Shown piece by piece: positions 9,205-19,763 of a DNA stretch of 64,000 bases. The number at the start of each line of letters is the position of its first letter. Position 1 is the stretch's first letter. The notes under the pieces are model-generated. The model saw only the letters and a list, made by a program, of their open reading frames with translations, did no database searches and was not told the DNA's origin. The DNA is from Chloroflexota bacterium (lineage in GTDB: Bacteria > Chloroflexota > Limnocylindria > Limnocylindrales > CSP1-4), in assembly GCA_025351245.1 (NCBI GenBank), contig JANXWH010000087.1, positions 4,822-68,821 on the forward strand, in the 5' to 3' direction. Made by a program: the position numbers and the translations under genes.

Positions 9205-9786
9205 GTGGACGTCGTCGGCGCCATCCGGAGCCTCAACCTCTTCGACGTGCTCGTGGTCTTCTTCGTCTGCGTCTTCTTCCTTGCCGGGTTCGTCCAGGGG
9301 ACGCTGCGCAGGCTGATCGGCCTGGCGATCCTCCTCGTCGCCATCCTCTTCGCCCTCAACCTGCGTGACCCGCTGGGCTCGTGGCTGGGCCAGTACTGGA
9401 CGCAATACCCGAAGGAGTACTCGACCATGCTGGCGTTCGGGGCCAGCTTCGTCGTCATCTACCTTGCTGGCTCGATCCTGGTCCAGGTGTTCTACCGGCG
9501 AACCCAGCTCTTCAAGCGATCCACCGTGATCGACGAGATCGTGGGCGGGCTCCTGGGGATCGTCCAGGCCCTCCTGCTGGTTGGCACCATGATCATGGTC
9601 CTGGACTCGTTCTTCCGGATTCCGGGCATCGCGCCGAATCCCAACGAGATCGGGGTCTTCCGCGACATCTTCCGCTTCTACGATGTGTCACAGACGGCCA
9701 TCCTGTTCCGCGACTCGCTGATCCCCGCCTTCCTGGCGCTCTTCGCCTGGATCACACCCGCGGGGCTCCGCGCCCTCTTCGCCTGA
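9205..9786 (+). CDS. cvpA: CvpA-family membrane protein
   Basis: GTG 9205 follows GGGGAG. N-terminal LNLFDVLVVFFVCVFFLAGFVQG and four TM helices are typical of CvpA. Same position as B. subtilis yshB, between pheT and mutS2. Confidence 0.8.
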   Translation: MDVVGAIRSLNLFDVLVVFFVCVFFLAGFVQGTLRRLIGLAILLVAILFALNLRDPLGSWLGQYWTQYPKEYSTMLAFGASFVVIYLAGSILVQVFYRRTQLFKRSTVIDEIVGGLLGIVQALLLVGTMIMVLDSFFRIPGIAPNPNEIGVFRDIFRFYDVSQTAILFRDSLIPAFLALFAWITPAGLRALFA

Positions 9787-10499
9787 CGGCCACGGACCGG
9801 ACGGCAGGCGAGCGTACGCCCGGTCCGTCGGCCGACCTCGCCAGCCTCCTGGCCGGCCCGGTGGTCGCGGCCGCCCGCGGGCTGCTTGGCGCTCGTCTGA
9901 TCCGCGACGACGGGCTGTCCGTGCGAAACGGCCGGATCGTCGAGGTGGAGGCCTACGGGGGGCCGCTGGATCTCGCATCCCACGCCCACCCCGGGCGGAC
10001 GGTGCGGAACGCCACCATGTTCGGCCCGTCGGGCCGAGCCTACGTGTACGGTGTCTATGGCATGCACACCTGTCTGAACGTCGTCTGCGGCCCCGCGGAC
10101 CAGCCATCAGCAATTCTCGTCCGGGCCGTGGAGCCACTCGTGGGCGTGGCCACGATGCGGGAGGCCCGGCTGGCCCGGGGGCTCGCGACCCGGCGGTCCG
10201 AACGCGCCGCGCCGGTGCGGGCAGCAGGGCGGGTCGCGCGCCTGCCCGTCGCGCAGCTCGCGAGCGGGCCCGGCAACGTCGGCGCGGCCTTCTCCATCGA
10301 ACGGGAGGACGACGGACGCGACCTGCTGGACCCGGCGAGCCCGCTCCGGCTGGAGGCGCTGCCGAGCGCCGAGCCACGCCAGGACGTGGCATCCGGGCCC
10401 AGGATCGGGGTCGGCTTCGCGGGAGTGGAATGGGCTTCTACGCCGTGGCGCTTCTGGCTCCCGGGCAGCTCCTCCCTCTCCGGCCGGCGAGGACGCTGA
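9783..10499 (+). CDS. mpg: DNA-3-methyladenine glycosylase (MPG/AAG family); proposed CTG start
   Basis: AARGLLGARLIR..GRIVEVEAYGG..DLASHA..GRTVRNATMFGPSGRAYVYGVYGMHTCLNVV is the MPG signature. The only start that keeps the N-terminal helix is CTG 9783, overlapping the cvpA TGA. GTG 9861 is the fallback. Confidence 0.8.
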   Translation: MTATDRTAGERTPGPSADLASLLAGPVVAAARGLLGARLIRDDGLSVRNGRIVEVEAYGGPLDLASHAHPGRTVRNATMFGPSGRAYVYGVYGMHTCLNVVCGPADQPSAILVRAVEPLVGVATMREARLARGLATRRSERAAPVRAAGRVARLPVAQLASGPGNVGAAFSIEREDDGRDLLDPASPLRLEALPSAEPRQDVASGPRIGVGFAGVEWASTPWRFWLPGSSSLSGRRGR

Positions 10500-12862
10500 T
10501 GGACGCGAAGTCGATCGCCCTCCTCGAGTTCCCGCTCATCCGCGAGCGACTCGCCGCCGCGGCCGGATTCGGCCCCGGGCGTCGCCTGGCGGAGGCGCTC
10601 GCCCCCTCCGCGGATCGGGTGGTCGTGGAGATCGGCCTGGACGAGACCTCGCAGACGCGCGAGCTCCTCGCGGCGAAGCCGCAGGCCGGCATCGGCGGTG
10701 CCCAGGACATCGGGCCCGCGGTGGAGCGCGCCGCCCGCGGAGGCCGCCTCGACGCCGCGCAGTTCGCGGCCATCGCGGCGACGCTCGAGGCTGGCTCGCG
10801 GCTTCGCGACGCGCTCGCGGGCGATCGGCGGCCGCTGCTGAACGCGCTGGCCCGCGACCTGCACGGCCTGCCGGCCCTCCGCTCCACGCTGGAGCGGAGC
10901 TTCGATCCGGTCGGCGATCTGCTCGACACGGCGTCGCCGCGCCTCGGCGGCCTGCGCAGGGCCACGCGGCTTGCGTACGAGCGCCTGCGGAGCCGGCTGG
11001 AGCAGCTGGTCCACTCGACGGACGTTGGGGCCGCGCTCCAGGATCCGATCATCACGCTTCGCAACGGCCGCTACGTCGTGCCGGTCCGTGCCGATGCCCG
11101 CAGCCGCGTCAAGGGGATCGTCCACGACGCGTCCGGGAGCGGGCAGACGCTCTTCGTGGAGCCGCTCGTGGCCGTGGAGCTGGGCAACGCGTGGCGCGAG
11201 GCGCAGGTGGCAACGCAGCAGGAGATCGAGCGGATCCTCGACGAGCTCTCGGCGCTCGTCGGGAGCCAGGCCGGGCCGCTTGGCGAGGTGCTCGGCGCGC
11301 TGGCACGGTTCGACCTGTGGAGCGCGAAGGCCCGCCTCGCCGAGGAGATGGACGCGAACCGCGCCGAGGTGGGCGTGCGCCCCGAGATCATCCTCAAGGG
11401 CGCTCGCCATCCCGGTCTGGTCGGCCGCGTGGTGCCCATCGACGTGGAGCTCGGCACGGACTTCCGGGCGCTCCTGGTCACCGGCCCGAACACCGGGGGC
11501 AAGACCGTCACGCTCCGAACGCTCGGTTTGCTGGCGCTCATGCACCAGGCTGGCCTTCACGTCCCGGCCGACCCCGGGAGCCGGCTGCCGGTCCTCCGCG
11601 ACGTGTTCGCCGACATCGGCGACGAGCAGTCCGTGGCGCAGTCGCTCTCCACGTTCTCCGGGCACCTCCGGTCGATCGTGCGAATCGCGGAGGCCGCCGG
11701 CCCGAACACGCTGGTCCTGCTCGACGAGCTCGGAGCCGGGACTGACCCGACCGAGGGGTCAGCGCTGGCGCAGGCGCTGCTCGACCATTTCCTGCGCGCG
11801 GGCGCGCTCGTGGCGGCGACGACCCATTACGCCGAGCTGAAGGTCTACGCGCACACGACGCCGGAGGTCCGGAACGCGTCGGTCGAGTTCGACCTGGAGA
11901 CGCTCAGCCCAACCTACCGGCTTCGGATCGGCCTGCCGGGCGGCAGCCAGGCGTTCGCGATCGCGGAGCGGTTGGGCCTGCCGTTGCCCATCGTCGACGA
12001 CGCCCGCGGGCGGCTGACCGAGGGCCAGAAGGCGTTCGAAGAGACGCTCGCGTCGATCCGGGAGGCCGACACGGCCGCGCGGAGGGCGCTCGACCGCGCG
12101 CGGGCCGCCGAGATCAAGGCCGCCGAGGCGCAGCGGATCGCCGACGACGAGCGCCGTCGCGCCCGCCGAGATCGCGACGCGGCGGTCGCCGCCGCGCGGG
12201 CGGACGCAGAACGGCTGGTGGACGACCTCCGCGCCGAGATCCGCGGGGCACAGCGACGCCTGGAACGCGAGACCGTGACCGCACCCGCGCTGGACGAGGT
12301 CATGGAGCGGGCCGAGGAGCACCTGGCGCGACTCCCGCAGCCGGCACCGGCACCCGTGGCGGCCGCGCCGGCGGAGCCGGTGGACTGGCGCGTCGGGGCG
12401 CGCGCCCGGAGCCGCACCCGCGGCTGGGAAGGCCGGGTCGTGGCCCTGGAGCGGGGCGGCCGGCGGGCGACGCTCGAGGTGGGTGGAGTGCGCGTGACGG
12501 TCGGGGTCGAGGACCTGGTCCCCGCGCTCGTCGACGCGGCGCCCGCCGGCCCGGGCCGCCGGGAACGGTCGGAGGAGGCCGATTCGGGGATCACCGCGCT
12601 TCGGCTGGATCGTGCCCGCACGATCGCCTCGTCGCTGGACGTCCGCGGGGCGAGGGTGGACGAGGCGCTCGAGATCGTTGGGCGCTACCTGGAGGACGGT
12701 GCCCTGGCGGGGCTGCCCAAAGCCACGATCATCCATGGACACGGGACGGGGGCGCTCCGCGACGCCGTCCGGGCCGCCACGGCGACGCACCCACTCGTCC
12801 GCACTTCGAGACCCGGCGAGCGCGGCGAGGGCGGCGACGGCGCGACCGTCGTCACGTTCTAG
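10499..12862 (+). CDS. mutS2: endonuclease MutS2 (MutS ATPase plus C-terminal Smr domain)
   Basis: ATG 10499 shares its A with the mpg stop (TGATG). Walker A TGPNTGGKT, DELGAGTDP, and a C-terminal Smr domain (LDVRGARVDEAL..IIHGHGTGALR). Confidence 0.93.
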   Translation: MDAKSIALLEFPLIRERLAAAAGFGPGRRLAEALAPSADRVVVEIGLDETSQTRELLAAKPQAGIGGAQDIGPAVERAARGGRLDAAQFAAIAATLEAGSRLRDALAGDRRPLLNALARDLHGLPALRSTLERSFDPVGDLLDTASPRLGGLRRATRLAYERLRSRLEQLVHSTDVGAALQDPIITLRNGRYVVPVRADARSRVKGIVHDASGSGQTLFVEPLVAVELGNAWREAQVATQQEIERILDELSALVGSQAGPLGEVLGALARFDLWSAKARLAEEMDANRAEVGVRPEIILKGARHPGLVGRVVPIDVELGTDFRALLVTGPNTGGKTVTLRTLGLLALMHQAGLHVPADPGSRLPVLRDVFADIGDEQSVAQSLSTFSGHLRSIVRIAEAAGPNTLVLLDELGAGTDPTEGSALAQALLDHFLRAGALVAATTHYAELKVYAHTTPEVRNASVEFDLETLSPTYRLRIGLPGGSQAFAIAERLGLPLPIVDDARGRLTEGQKAFEETLASIREADTAARRALDRARAAEIKAAEAQRIADDERRRARRDRDAAVAAARADAERLVDDLRAEIRGAQRRLERETVTAPALDEVMERAEEHLARLPQPAPAPVAAAPAEPVDWRVGARARSRTRGWEGRVVALERGGRRATLEVGGVRVTVGVEDLVPALVDAAPAGPGRRERSEEADSGITALRLDRARTIASSLDVRGARVDEALEIVGRYLEDGALAGLPKATIIHGHGTGALRDAVRAATATHPLVRTSRPGERGEGGDGATVVTF

Positions 12863-12878
12863 GCGGCGAAAGCGCGGC

Positions 12879-15518
12879 TCAGGGCGCCGGCGGGCTCGGG
12901 ACGGGTGGGCTCGGGCTTGCGTTCGGGTCGAAGGACGGCGACGGCGAAGGCGACGGGACGAAGATGTCGCAGGTCGCGGTCGGCGGGAACGGCGCACCCC
13001 ACGTCGACCCGTACGGTTTCCAGCCGGGCTCGTAGAAGTAGGAGGTCCGCGTCTTCTCGGGGCCGCCCGCTACGCCCGGACCACCGTGCGCGCGCGCGAT
13101 CCAGCCATCCGTGTAGGTCCGCCATTTCGGGTAATCGGCCTCGACGTTACTCAAGTCCAGGAAGCCGCGCACCTCCTTCGGGCCCTGGCAGCCGTCCTGC
13201 CAGAGCTTCCCGGACACGGAGTCAACAGCGATGCCGACCTTGGTGTTGTCGACCTCGGTGGGTACGGTCCCGTCGATGAACCACTCCTTGACCGTCTTCG
13301 CCGAGAACGGCCCCGGCTTCATCCCCGTGAAGGCATCCACCGTCGCCTGAACGACGCCCGGTGGCTGCCGGAAGGTTGCGATCGGCTGGCCCTTCGTGGC
13401 GGCCGTCAGGAACGACTGCCAGAGCGAGGCAGCCGACTCCAGCGAGACGACGCCGCCCGGCGGGGCGGAGTTGTCCGAGTTGCCCATCCAGGTTCCGACC
13501 ACGAACGCGGGCGCCTTCGGGTCCTTCGGCGGCGCCAGGAACCCCATCGCCGCGAGGTCCTTCGTGTCGTTCGTCGTCCCCGTCTTGAGGGTCGCGGGCC
13601 GGCGCGTTCCGCCGTCGTAGATCGCCCGCTTGCTCCAGAACGGGTTCTGGGCGGGGTCCGTGTTGCCGGCCAGGATGTCCGTCATGATGAAGGCCGCCTG
13701 GGGGCTGACCGCGGCCTTGCCCTGGATCGACGCACCGGCCGGCGGCCAGATCTTCTGCCCGGCGGGGTTGCGAACCTCGAGGATCGTGGTGCGCGGGACC
13801 AGGACGCCGCCGTTCGCGATGGCGCCGAAGGCGCTCACCAGGTCGATCATGTGGACCTCCAGCGTTCCGATCCCGATCGAAGCTCCGCCCGTGAACTTGG
13901 TCGACTGGTAGCGGATGCCGAAGTCCTGTGAGCGCTGGAAGACGCGCGCCGGCCCGGTCTCGATGGCCGCCTTGATGGCGGGGATGTTCAGCGAGACCTG
14001 GATCGCCTGGCGGAGGCGGAGCGGCCCGCGTTCCATCCGGTCAGCGTCGACCGGCGTGTAGCCGCCCCCGAAGTCCGTCACGACGTCCATGAACATCGAG
14101 GCGGCAGTCAGGGAGTGGTCCTCGATCCCGACGAGGTAGTTGATCGGCTTGAACGCGGATCCGGGCTGCCGCCAGCCATCCTCGAGGACGTCGAACTGGG
14201 GCTGGAACTTCTTGTTGCCCGCCAGGTAGAAACCTGCGCTGCCCGTGTAGGCGTAGACCTGGCCGGTGCGATAGTCGATCGCCGCGAGGGCGCCGTTGTT
14301 GACGCCCTTGCCCACCAGGTTCTTCATCCAGTCCTGGTACGGGATCCCCAGCGCCTTGACGTAGGCGGCGGGGTCCTTCGCGTTCGGGCCCCGGGCGCCC
14401 GCCTCGGTCCAGGTCTCGGCGAGTCGCTGCATGCGCCAGTCGAGCGTCGTCACCACGGTGAAGCCGCCGGTGTCGATGGCGGGGCAGTTGTCGGCCTTGG
14501 CGGCGGTGCACAGGATCTCGCCAAGCTGGTGGCGCACCTGGAGGACGAACTGGGGCGCCAGCCAGCGCTGGTCGGCGGGCGGCGAGAGCACGACCGGCTC
14601 CTGCATCGCGGTGTTGTAGTCCGCGGTGGTGTAGGTGCCCACGGTGAGCACGCTGCGCGTCTTCATCAGCTCCAGGATGTAGTTGCGGCGCTGGACGATC
14701 TGCGAGCCGGGTGGCACGACGAGGGTCGCCTTGCCGTCGGCGCCGGTCTGTTCGGTCGCGTTCCTGACCAGGTCGAAGTTGGTGGGGGATTGCGGGATCG
14801 CGGCGAGGATCGCGGCCTGGGCCAGGGTGAGCTTCCGCAGGTCGGTGATGCCCCAGTAGCCGCGGGCCGCCGCCGCGATCCCGTAGCTGTTGTTCCCGTA
14901 GAAGTTCTGGTTCAGATAGGCGGTGATGATCTGGCGCTTGCCCTCGACGCCGGGGAACTCCTGGGTGAGGCGGACCGACTGGATGATCTCGCGGATCTTC
15001 CGTTCGTAGGACGTGCCCGCGAACGCGGACTGCGGCAGGAGCCGCGCGCGGACCAGCTGCTGCGTGATGGTCGACGCGCCGCGGGAGTTGCCGCCGAGCG
15101 TGTCCAGGCCCGCGGCGAGGATGCCAGCCGGGTCGAACCCGGCATTCTCCCAGAACGTCTTGTCTTCCACGGACGTGGTGGCGTCGATGACCGTCCGGGA
15201 GGCCTCGTCGAACGTGATGACGTCGCGCCGCTCGCGGGCGAACGTTGCCAGCTGGACCTTCCCGCTCCGGTCGACGACGCGCGTCTCCTGGTCGAACTGG
15301 AGGTTGCTGAAGACTTCCTTCGGGTCCGGGAGTCCCTGGCTGTAATGGCTGAACGCGGTCACCGCGCCGGCGAACCCCGCGATGCCCACCACGAGAATCG
15401 ACGCGAAGAGGAAGACCGGGAGGGCGATCGCGATCCGTGCGACGTTCGAAGAACCGGAGGTCCGATTGCCGGAGCCGTTCCGGCGGCGGCGCTGCCGTCG
15501 GGCAAGGCTGGTCTGCAT
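12879..15518 (-). CDS. class A penicillin-binding protein (transglycosylase/transpeptidase)
   Basis: ATG at 15518 (MQTSLARRQRRRR, then a TM helix). Glycosyltransferase motif EDKTFWEN, transpeptidase SAFKP (SxxK) and KTGTT. Pro/Ser-rich C-terminal tail. The upstream 150 codons of the track ORF are Arg/Pro junk. Confidence 0.93.
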   Translation of the reverse strand: MQTSLARRQRRRRNGSGNRTSGSSNVARIAIALPVFLFASILVVGIAGFAGAVTAFSHYSQGLPDPKEVFSNLQFDQETRVVDRSGKVQLATFARERRDVITFDEASRTVIDATTSVEDKTFWENAGFDPAGILAAGLDTLGGNSRGASTITQQLVRARLLPQSAFAGTSYERKIREIIQSVRLTQEFPGVEGKRQIITAYLNQNFYGNNSYGIAAAARGYWGITDLRKLTLAQAAILAAIPQSPTNFDLVRNATEQTGADGKATLVVPPGSQIVQRRNYILELMKTRSVLTVGTYTTADYNTAMQEPVVLSPPADQRWLAPQFVLQVRHQLGEILCTAAKADNCPAIDTGGFTVVTTLDWRMQRLAETWTEAGARGPNAKDPAAYVKALGIPYQDWMKNLVGKGVNNGALAAIDYRTGQVYAYTGSAGFYLAGNKKFQPQFDVLEDGWRQPGSAFKPINYLVGIEDHSLTAASMFMDVVTDFGGGYTPVDADRMERGPLRLRQAIQVSLNIPAIKAAIETGPARVFQRSQDFGIRYQSTKFTGGASIGIGTLEVHMIDLVSAFGAIANGGVLVPRTTILEVRNPAGQKIWPPAGASIQGKAAVSPQAAFIMTDILAGNTDPAQNPFWSKRAIYDGGTRRPATLKTGTTNDTKDLAAMGFLAPPKDPKAPAFVVGTWMGNSDNSAPPGGVVSLESAASLWQSFLTAATKGQPIATFRQPPGVVQATVDAFTGMKPGPFSAKTVKEWFIDGTVPTEVDNTKVGIAVDSVSGKLWQDGCQGPKEVRGFLDLSNVEADYPKWRTYTDGWIARAHGGPGVAGGPEKTRTSYFYEPGWKPYGSTWGAPFPPTATCDIFVPSPSPSPSFDPNASPSPPVPSPPAP

Positions 15519-15607
15519 GGCGTCCTTCACGATAGCATAGGTGGCATGAGCTCCCGACCAGTGCCCCCGGTCAGTCTTGACGTGCCCGCTCCCGGGGGCG
15601 TGACGTC

Positions 15608-16948
15608 GTGAGCGCGACGCGCCTTGCCGGCCTGCTGCCTGACCTGCGCTGGCGGGGCCTGGTCCACGCGGCCACGGATGGGCTCGAGGCACGGCTCGCG
15701 GCGGGCACGCCGCTACGGGCATACAACGGCTTCGACCCCACGTTCCACTCGCTCCACGTGGGGCACCTGATCCCCATCTTCGGGCTCGTGCGGCTCCAGC
15801 GGTTCGGCGGCCAGCCGGTGGCGGTCGTCGGCGGCGGCACCGGGCTGATCGGGGACCCGTCCGGTCGTTCGGCTGAGCGGCCGCTGCTGGACCGTTCCGC
15901 GATCCAGGCCAACGTCCACGCGATCCGCGACCAGCTCGCGCACTACCTCGACTTCGCGCCGGGCCCAACGCAGGCGCTCCTGGTCAACAACCTGGACTGG
16001 CTCGGGGACGCCCGGCTGCTCGACTTCCTGCGTGACATCGGCAAGCACTTCACCGTGCCGTACATGCTGGCAAAGGATTCCGTCCAGGTTCGGATGGACA
16101 AGGGGCTCTCGTTCACCGAGTTCAGCTACATGCTGCTGCAGGCCGCCGACTTCATGCACCTCCATCGCTCGTACGGAGTGGAGCTCCAGTGCGGCGGCGC
16201 GGACCAGTGGGGCAACATCACTGCGGGTCTCGAGTTGATCCGCCGTACCACCGGCCTGCGGCGCCCGGACGCCGATAGGCTCCACGAGCCGGCCCATGGC
16301 CTTGCCTACCCGCTGCTCCTCAACGCATCCGGCGTGAAGTTCGGCAAGAGCGAGTCCGGCGAGTCGATCTGGCTCGACCCAGCGCTCACCTCGCCGTATC
16401 GCTTCTATCAGTACTGGGTCGACGCCGAGGATCGCGACGTCGGCACGTACCTGCGCTGGTTCACGCTCTTCGATCGAGTGCAGATCGAGGAGCTCGAGGC
16501 GGAGCGGGCCGCGCACCCGGAGCGGCGTGGCGCGCAGCGGGCGCTCGCGCGCGACCTGACCGAACGCACGCACGGGCGCGGCGCCGCCGAACGGGTGGCC
16601 CGCGTCAGCGAGCTCCTCTTCGGCGGGGACCCGGCGGCGGCCGACGCCCAGACCCTGGCGGACCTCGCCGCGGAGATTCCGGCGGCGCCCTGGCCGGAAG
16701 GCGAGCCCATCGATCCGGACCAGCCCGGGCTCGACCTCGTGGAGGTGCTGATCCTCGCCGGCGCGGCGGTCTCGCGGAGCGAGGCGCGGCGCCTGGTGGA
16801 GCAAGGGGGCGTCCACGTGAACGGCCGGCCGGCCCGGGATCTCGAGGAACGCTTCACCGCGAACGACCTGCTCGCAGGCCGCTTCCTGCTCGTGCGGCGC
16901 GGCAAGCGGGACCAGCGGGTGCTCGTCCGCGGGCAGGGGAGGGCGTGA
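15608..16948 (+). CDS. tyrS: tyrosyl-tRNA synthetase
   Basis: HVGHL (HIGH) and KFGKS (KMSKS) motifs plus a C-terminal S4-like domain. 446 aa. Confidence 0.95.
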   Translation: MSATRLAGLLPDLRWRGLVHAATDGLEARLAAGTPLRAYNGFDPTFHSLHVGHLIPIFGLVRLQRFGGQPVAVVGGGTGLIGDPSGRSAERPLLDRSAIQANVHAIRDQLAHYLDFAPGPTQALLVNNLDWLGDARLLDFLRDIGKHFTVPYMLAKDSVQVRMDKGLSFTEFSYMLLQAADFMHLHRSYGVELQCGGADQWGNITAGLELIRRTTGLRRPDADRLHEPAHGLAYPLLLNASGVKFGKSESGESIWLDPALTSPYRFYQYWVDAEDRDVGTYLRWFTLFDRVQIEELEAERAAHPERRGAQRALARDLTERTHGRGAAERVARVSELLFGGDPAAADAQTLADLAAEIPAAPWPEGEPIDPDQPGLDLVEVLILAGAAVSRSEARRLVEQGGVHVNGRPARDLEERFTANDLLAGRFLLVRRGKRDQRVLVRGQGRA

Positions 16949-17544
16949 TCGAGGTGGCTCGCGGCCATATCCAGGTGATCGCCGGCTGCATGTTCAGCGG
17001 GAAGACCGATGAGCTGCTCCGGCTCCTCCGGCGGGCCGAGATCGCCCGCCGGCGGATCCTGCTGGTCCGTCCGACGATCGACGATCGGACGGAGGCGGAA
17101 GTGGTGCGCAGCCGGTCCGGCGCCGCGTACGGCTCCACGTCGGTCAGGGACCCCTCGGAGATCGAGACCCTTGCCAAGGACGCCTGGGCCGACATGATCG
17201 CGATCGAGGAGGCCCAGTTCTTTCCGGCAAGCCTCGTCCCGGTCGTGGAGCGGCTGGCGGACGCCGGGCGGACCGTGATCCTGTCCGGCCTGAACACCGA
17301 TTTCCGCGGCCGCCCATTCGGGCCGATGCCGGAGCTGATGGCGATCGCGGACGGGATCACGTCGCTCACGGCGATCTGCACGGTCTGCGGCGACGAGGCG
17401 ACCCGGACGCAGCGGTTGATCGACGGCCGGCCCGCCGGCGCCGACGAGCCCGTGGTGGTCGTTGGCGGCCTCGCCTCGGAGATGCCGACGCCGCGCCGGG
17501 AGACCTACGAGGCGCGCTGCCGCGCCCATCACGAGCTGCCCTAG
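16945..17544 (+). CDS. tdk: thymidine kinase
   Basis: GTG 16945 overlaps the tyrS stop (GTGA). P-loop GCMFSGKT, IDEAQFF-like AIEEAQFF, and Zn-ribbon CTVCG...RC. Confidence 0.93.
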   Translation: MIEVARGHIQVIAGCMFSGKTDELLRLLRRAEIARRRILLVRPTIDDRTEAEVVRSRSGAAYGSTSVRDPSEIETLAKDAWADMIAIEEAQFFPASLVPVVERLADAGRTVILSGLNTDFRGRPFGPMPELMAIADGITSLTAICTVCGDEATRTQRLIDGRPAGADEPVVVVGGLASEMPTPRRETYEARCRAHHELP

Positions 17545-17578
17545 CGTTCGTCACCGCCCGCGGCAGCGCCCGCGCGCG

Positions 17579-18313
17579 TCAGTCGCCGTGGCGCTCCCGG
17601 AGCCGATCGATGACGGCCGACGGCGGAAGGCCGCGCTCGGCGAGCAGGACCAGGGCGTGGTAGAGCAGGTCGGCCGCCTCGCCGGCGAGCGCTGCCAGGA
17701 GCGCGGTCCGGTCGAGGCCCGCCGCTTCCGCGACGGCGTCGTCCTTGGCGGCCATGAGGACCTCGGTCGCCTCCTCGGCGACCTTGCGCGCGGGGCCGTC
17801 GACGCCGGACGAGAGCAGCCGGACCGTGTACGAGCCGGGCGGCCGGGACGCCGCGCGGTCGGCGATCGTCGCCCAGAGCGTCTCCAGCCAGTCGAAGCCC
17901 TGGACGGAACGGGAGGGCTGGGGCGACGCCGACGGGGCCGGGAGCAGCCGATCGGGCGGCGAGCCGTCGGGGTCGAAGCAGCTTCGCGTGCCCCGGTGAC
18001 ACGCGGGCCCGACCGGCTCGACGGTCGCGAGGAGCGCGTCGCCGTCGCAGTCGAGCGCGAGGCCGCGCAGGAGGAGGACGTTGCCGCTGGTCTCGCCCTT
18101 GCGCCAGAGGCGCCCGCGCGAGCGCGAGAAGAAGTGGACCTCGCCGGTGGCAAGCGTCGCGGCGAGCGCCTCCGCGTTCGCGTGGGCAAGCATGAGGATC
18201 CGGCCGTCGACGGCGTCCTGGACCACGACTGGAACCAGGCCATCGGGTCCCCACCGCACGCGATTGACGTCCGTCGCGGGCCCGGCGGGGGAGGACGGCC
18301 GCGAGGCGCTCAT
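17579..18313 (-). CDS. hisIE: bifunctional phosphoribosyl-AMP cyclohydrolase / phosphoribosyl-ATP pyrophosphatase
   Basis: ATG at 18313 overlaps the hisF stop (ATGA). HisI motifs ([35 protein letters not shown]) followed by the HisE helical domain. Confidence 0.93.
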   Translation of the reverse strand: MSASRPSSPAGPATDVNRVRWGPDGLVPVVVQDAVDGRILMLAHANAEALAATLATGEVHFFSRSRGRLWRKGETSGNVLLLRGLALDCDGDALLATVEPVGPACHRGTRSCFDPDGSPPDRLLPAPSASPQPSRSVQGFDWLETLWATIADRAASRPPGSYTVRLLSSGVDGPARKVAEEATEVLMAAKDDAVAEAAGLDRTALLAALAGEAADLLYHALVLLAERGLPPSAVIDRLRERHGD

Positions 18314-19101
18314 CTGGCGGCACCGATCACGAGGCGGACCGGGATCCCCGCCGCGGCCATGACCGCCTTGACGTCGGCGATCGAATGGCGGCGCCGGTGG
18401 AAGATGGAGGCCGCGAGCACCGCGGAGGCGCCTCCGTCCCGGACGGCCGCCACGAAGTCGTCGGGACCGGATGCGCCGCCCGAGGCGATCACCGGGACGT
18501 GCACGCGGTCGGTGATCGCCCGGAGCAGCGGGGTGTCGTAGCCGGCCCCCGTTCCGTCGCGATCGATCGAGGTCACCAGGAGCTCCCCGGCGCCGGCGGC
18601 GACGGCGCGCTCTGCCCACGCGAGCGCGTCGAGGCCCGTCGGCTCGCGGCCGCCCTTGACGACAACCTCCCAGCCCCCGCTCGGATCGTCGGGGCCGGAC
18701 CGGCGGCGGGCGTCGATCGCGACGACCACCGCTTGGCTGCCGAATCGCCGCGCGCAGCGCCGGACGAGGCCCGGATCGCGGACCGCGGCCGTGTTGAACG
18801 AGACCTTGTCTGCGCCCGCGCGGAGGACATCGCGCATCTCGGTCACGCTCCGGACGCCACCCCCCACGGTGAGCGGCACGAACGCGCGCCGGGCCGTGCG
18901 CTCCACGACCTCGAGGAGCGTGCCGCGACCGTCCGGTGCGGCGTCGATGTCGAGGAAGACGATCTCGTCGGCGCCCTCCACGGCGTAGCGTTCGGCGAGC
19001 GTGGGCGGGTCGCCCTCGTCGGTGAGGTCAACGAAGCGGGTGCCCTTGACGACCCGGCCGTTCGCGACGTCGAGACAGGGGATGACGCGCACGCGGAGCA
19101 T
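18310..19101 (-). CDS. hisF: imidazole glycerol phosphate synthase cyclase subunit
   Basis: [20 protein letters not shown]..., 263 aa, canonical HisF. It is the C-terminal part of a 680-aa run-through track ORF. Confidence 0.95.
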   Translation of the reverse strand: MLRVRVIPCLDVANGRVVKGTRFVDLTDEGDPPTLAERYAVEGADEIVFLDIDAAPDGRGTLLEVVERTARRAFVPLTVGGGVRSVTEMRDVLRAGADKVSFNTAAVRDPGLVRRCARRFGSQAVVVAIDARRRSGPDDPSGGWEVVVKGGREPTGLDALAWAERAVAAGAGELLVTSIDRDGTGAGYDTPLLRAITDRVHVPVIASGGASGPDDFVAAVRDGGASAVLAASIFHRRRHSIADVKAVMAAAGIPVRLVIGAAR

Positions 19102-19763
19102 CAGCGGGCCAGGACGGGGACGCGCGTCCGGCCCGACGCCGCGCCGCCAGCCTGGGCCAGCCCCACGAAGTTGGCGAGGAGCCGAAGGCCGTCGCGGCCG
19201 CTCCGCTCGGGATGGAACTGGACGCCGGCCAGCGACCCACGCGCGATCGCGGAGACGAACCGGCCGCCGTGGGCCGTCTGGGCAAGGATCACCCCTTCCG
19301 AGCCCGGCCCGGGGGCCGCCGCGTAGGAGTGGACGAAGTAGAAGTCGGCATCCTCGTCGATCCCGGCAAAGAGCGAGTGGGCGCGCTGACGTTCCACCTG
19401 GTTCCAGCCGATGTGCGGCAGGCGCGGCGCATCGGAGAGGCAGACCGTCCGCCCGGGCAGCACGCCCAGCGTGACGGCGCCGTCCTCGTCGCTGCCTTCG
19501 AAGAGGAGCTGGAGGCCGAGGCAGATGCCCAGGAAGGGCCGTCCGGCCGCGATCCACGCCCGGATCGGCGCCTCGAGGCCGCGCCGTCGCAGGCGGGTCA
19601 TTGCGGGCCCCGCTGCGCCGACGCCCGGCACCACGAGGGCATCGGCGTCCGCGAACGAGTCGGCGCCGTGCGCCAGGACGACCTCGGCACCGGCCGCGGA
19701 GAGCGCCTGCTCGATGCTGACGAGGTTGCCTGCCCCGTAGTCGACCACGGCGATCCGCGTCAT
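19101..19763 (-). CDS. hisH: imidazole glycerol phosphate synthase glutamine amidotransferase subunit
   Basis: [22 protein letters not shown] (catalytic Cys) and FHPE motifs. Confidence 0.95.
   Translation of the reverse strand: MTRIAVVDYGAGNLVSIEQALSAAGAEVVLAHGADSFADADALVVPGVGAAGPAMTRLRRRGLEAPIRAWIAAGRPFLGICLGLQLLFEGSDEDGAVTLGVLPGRTVCLSDAPRLPHIGWNQVERQRAHSLFAGIDEDADFYFVHSYAAAPGPGSEGVILAQTAHGGRFVSAIARGSLAGVQFHPERSGRDGLRLLANFVGLAQAGGAASGRTRVPVLAR

Noticed and set aside
15519-15607. T-box or attenuator upstream of tyrS, and likewise upstream of pheS
   Set aside because: The tyrS leader is at most 89 nt, and pheS follows rplT by 32 nt. Both are too short for a T-box, and no T-box core sequence is present.
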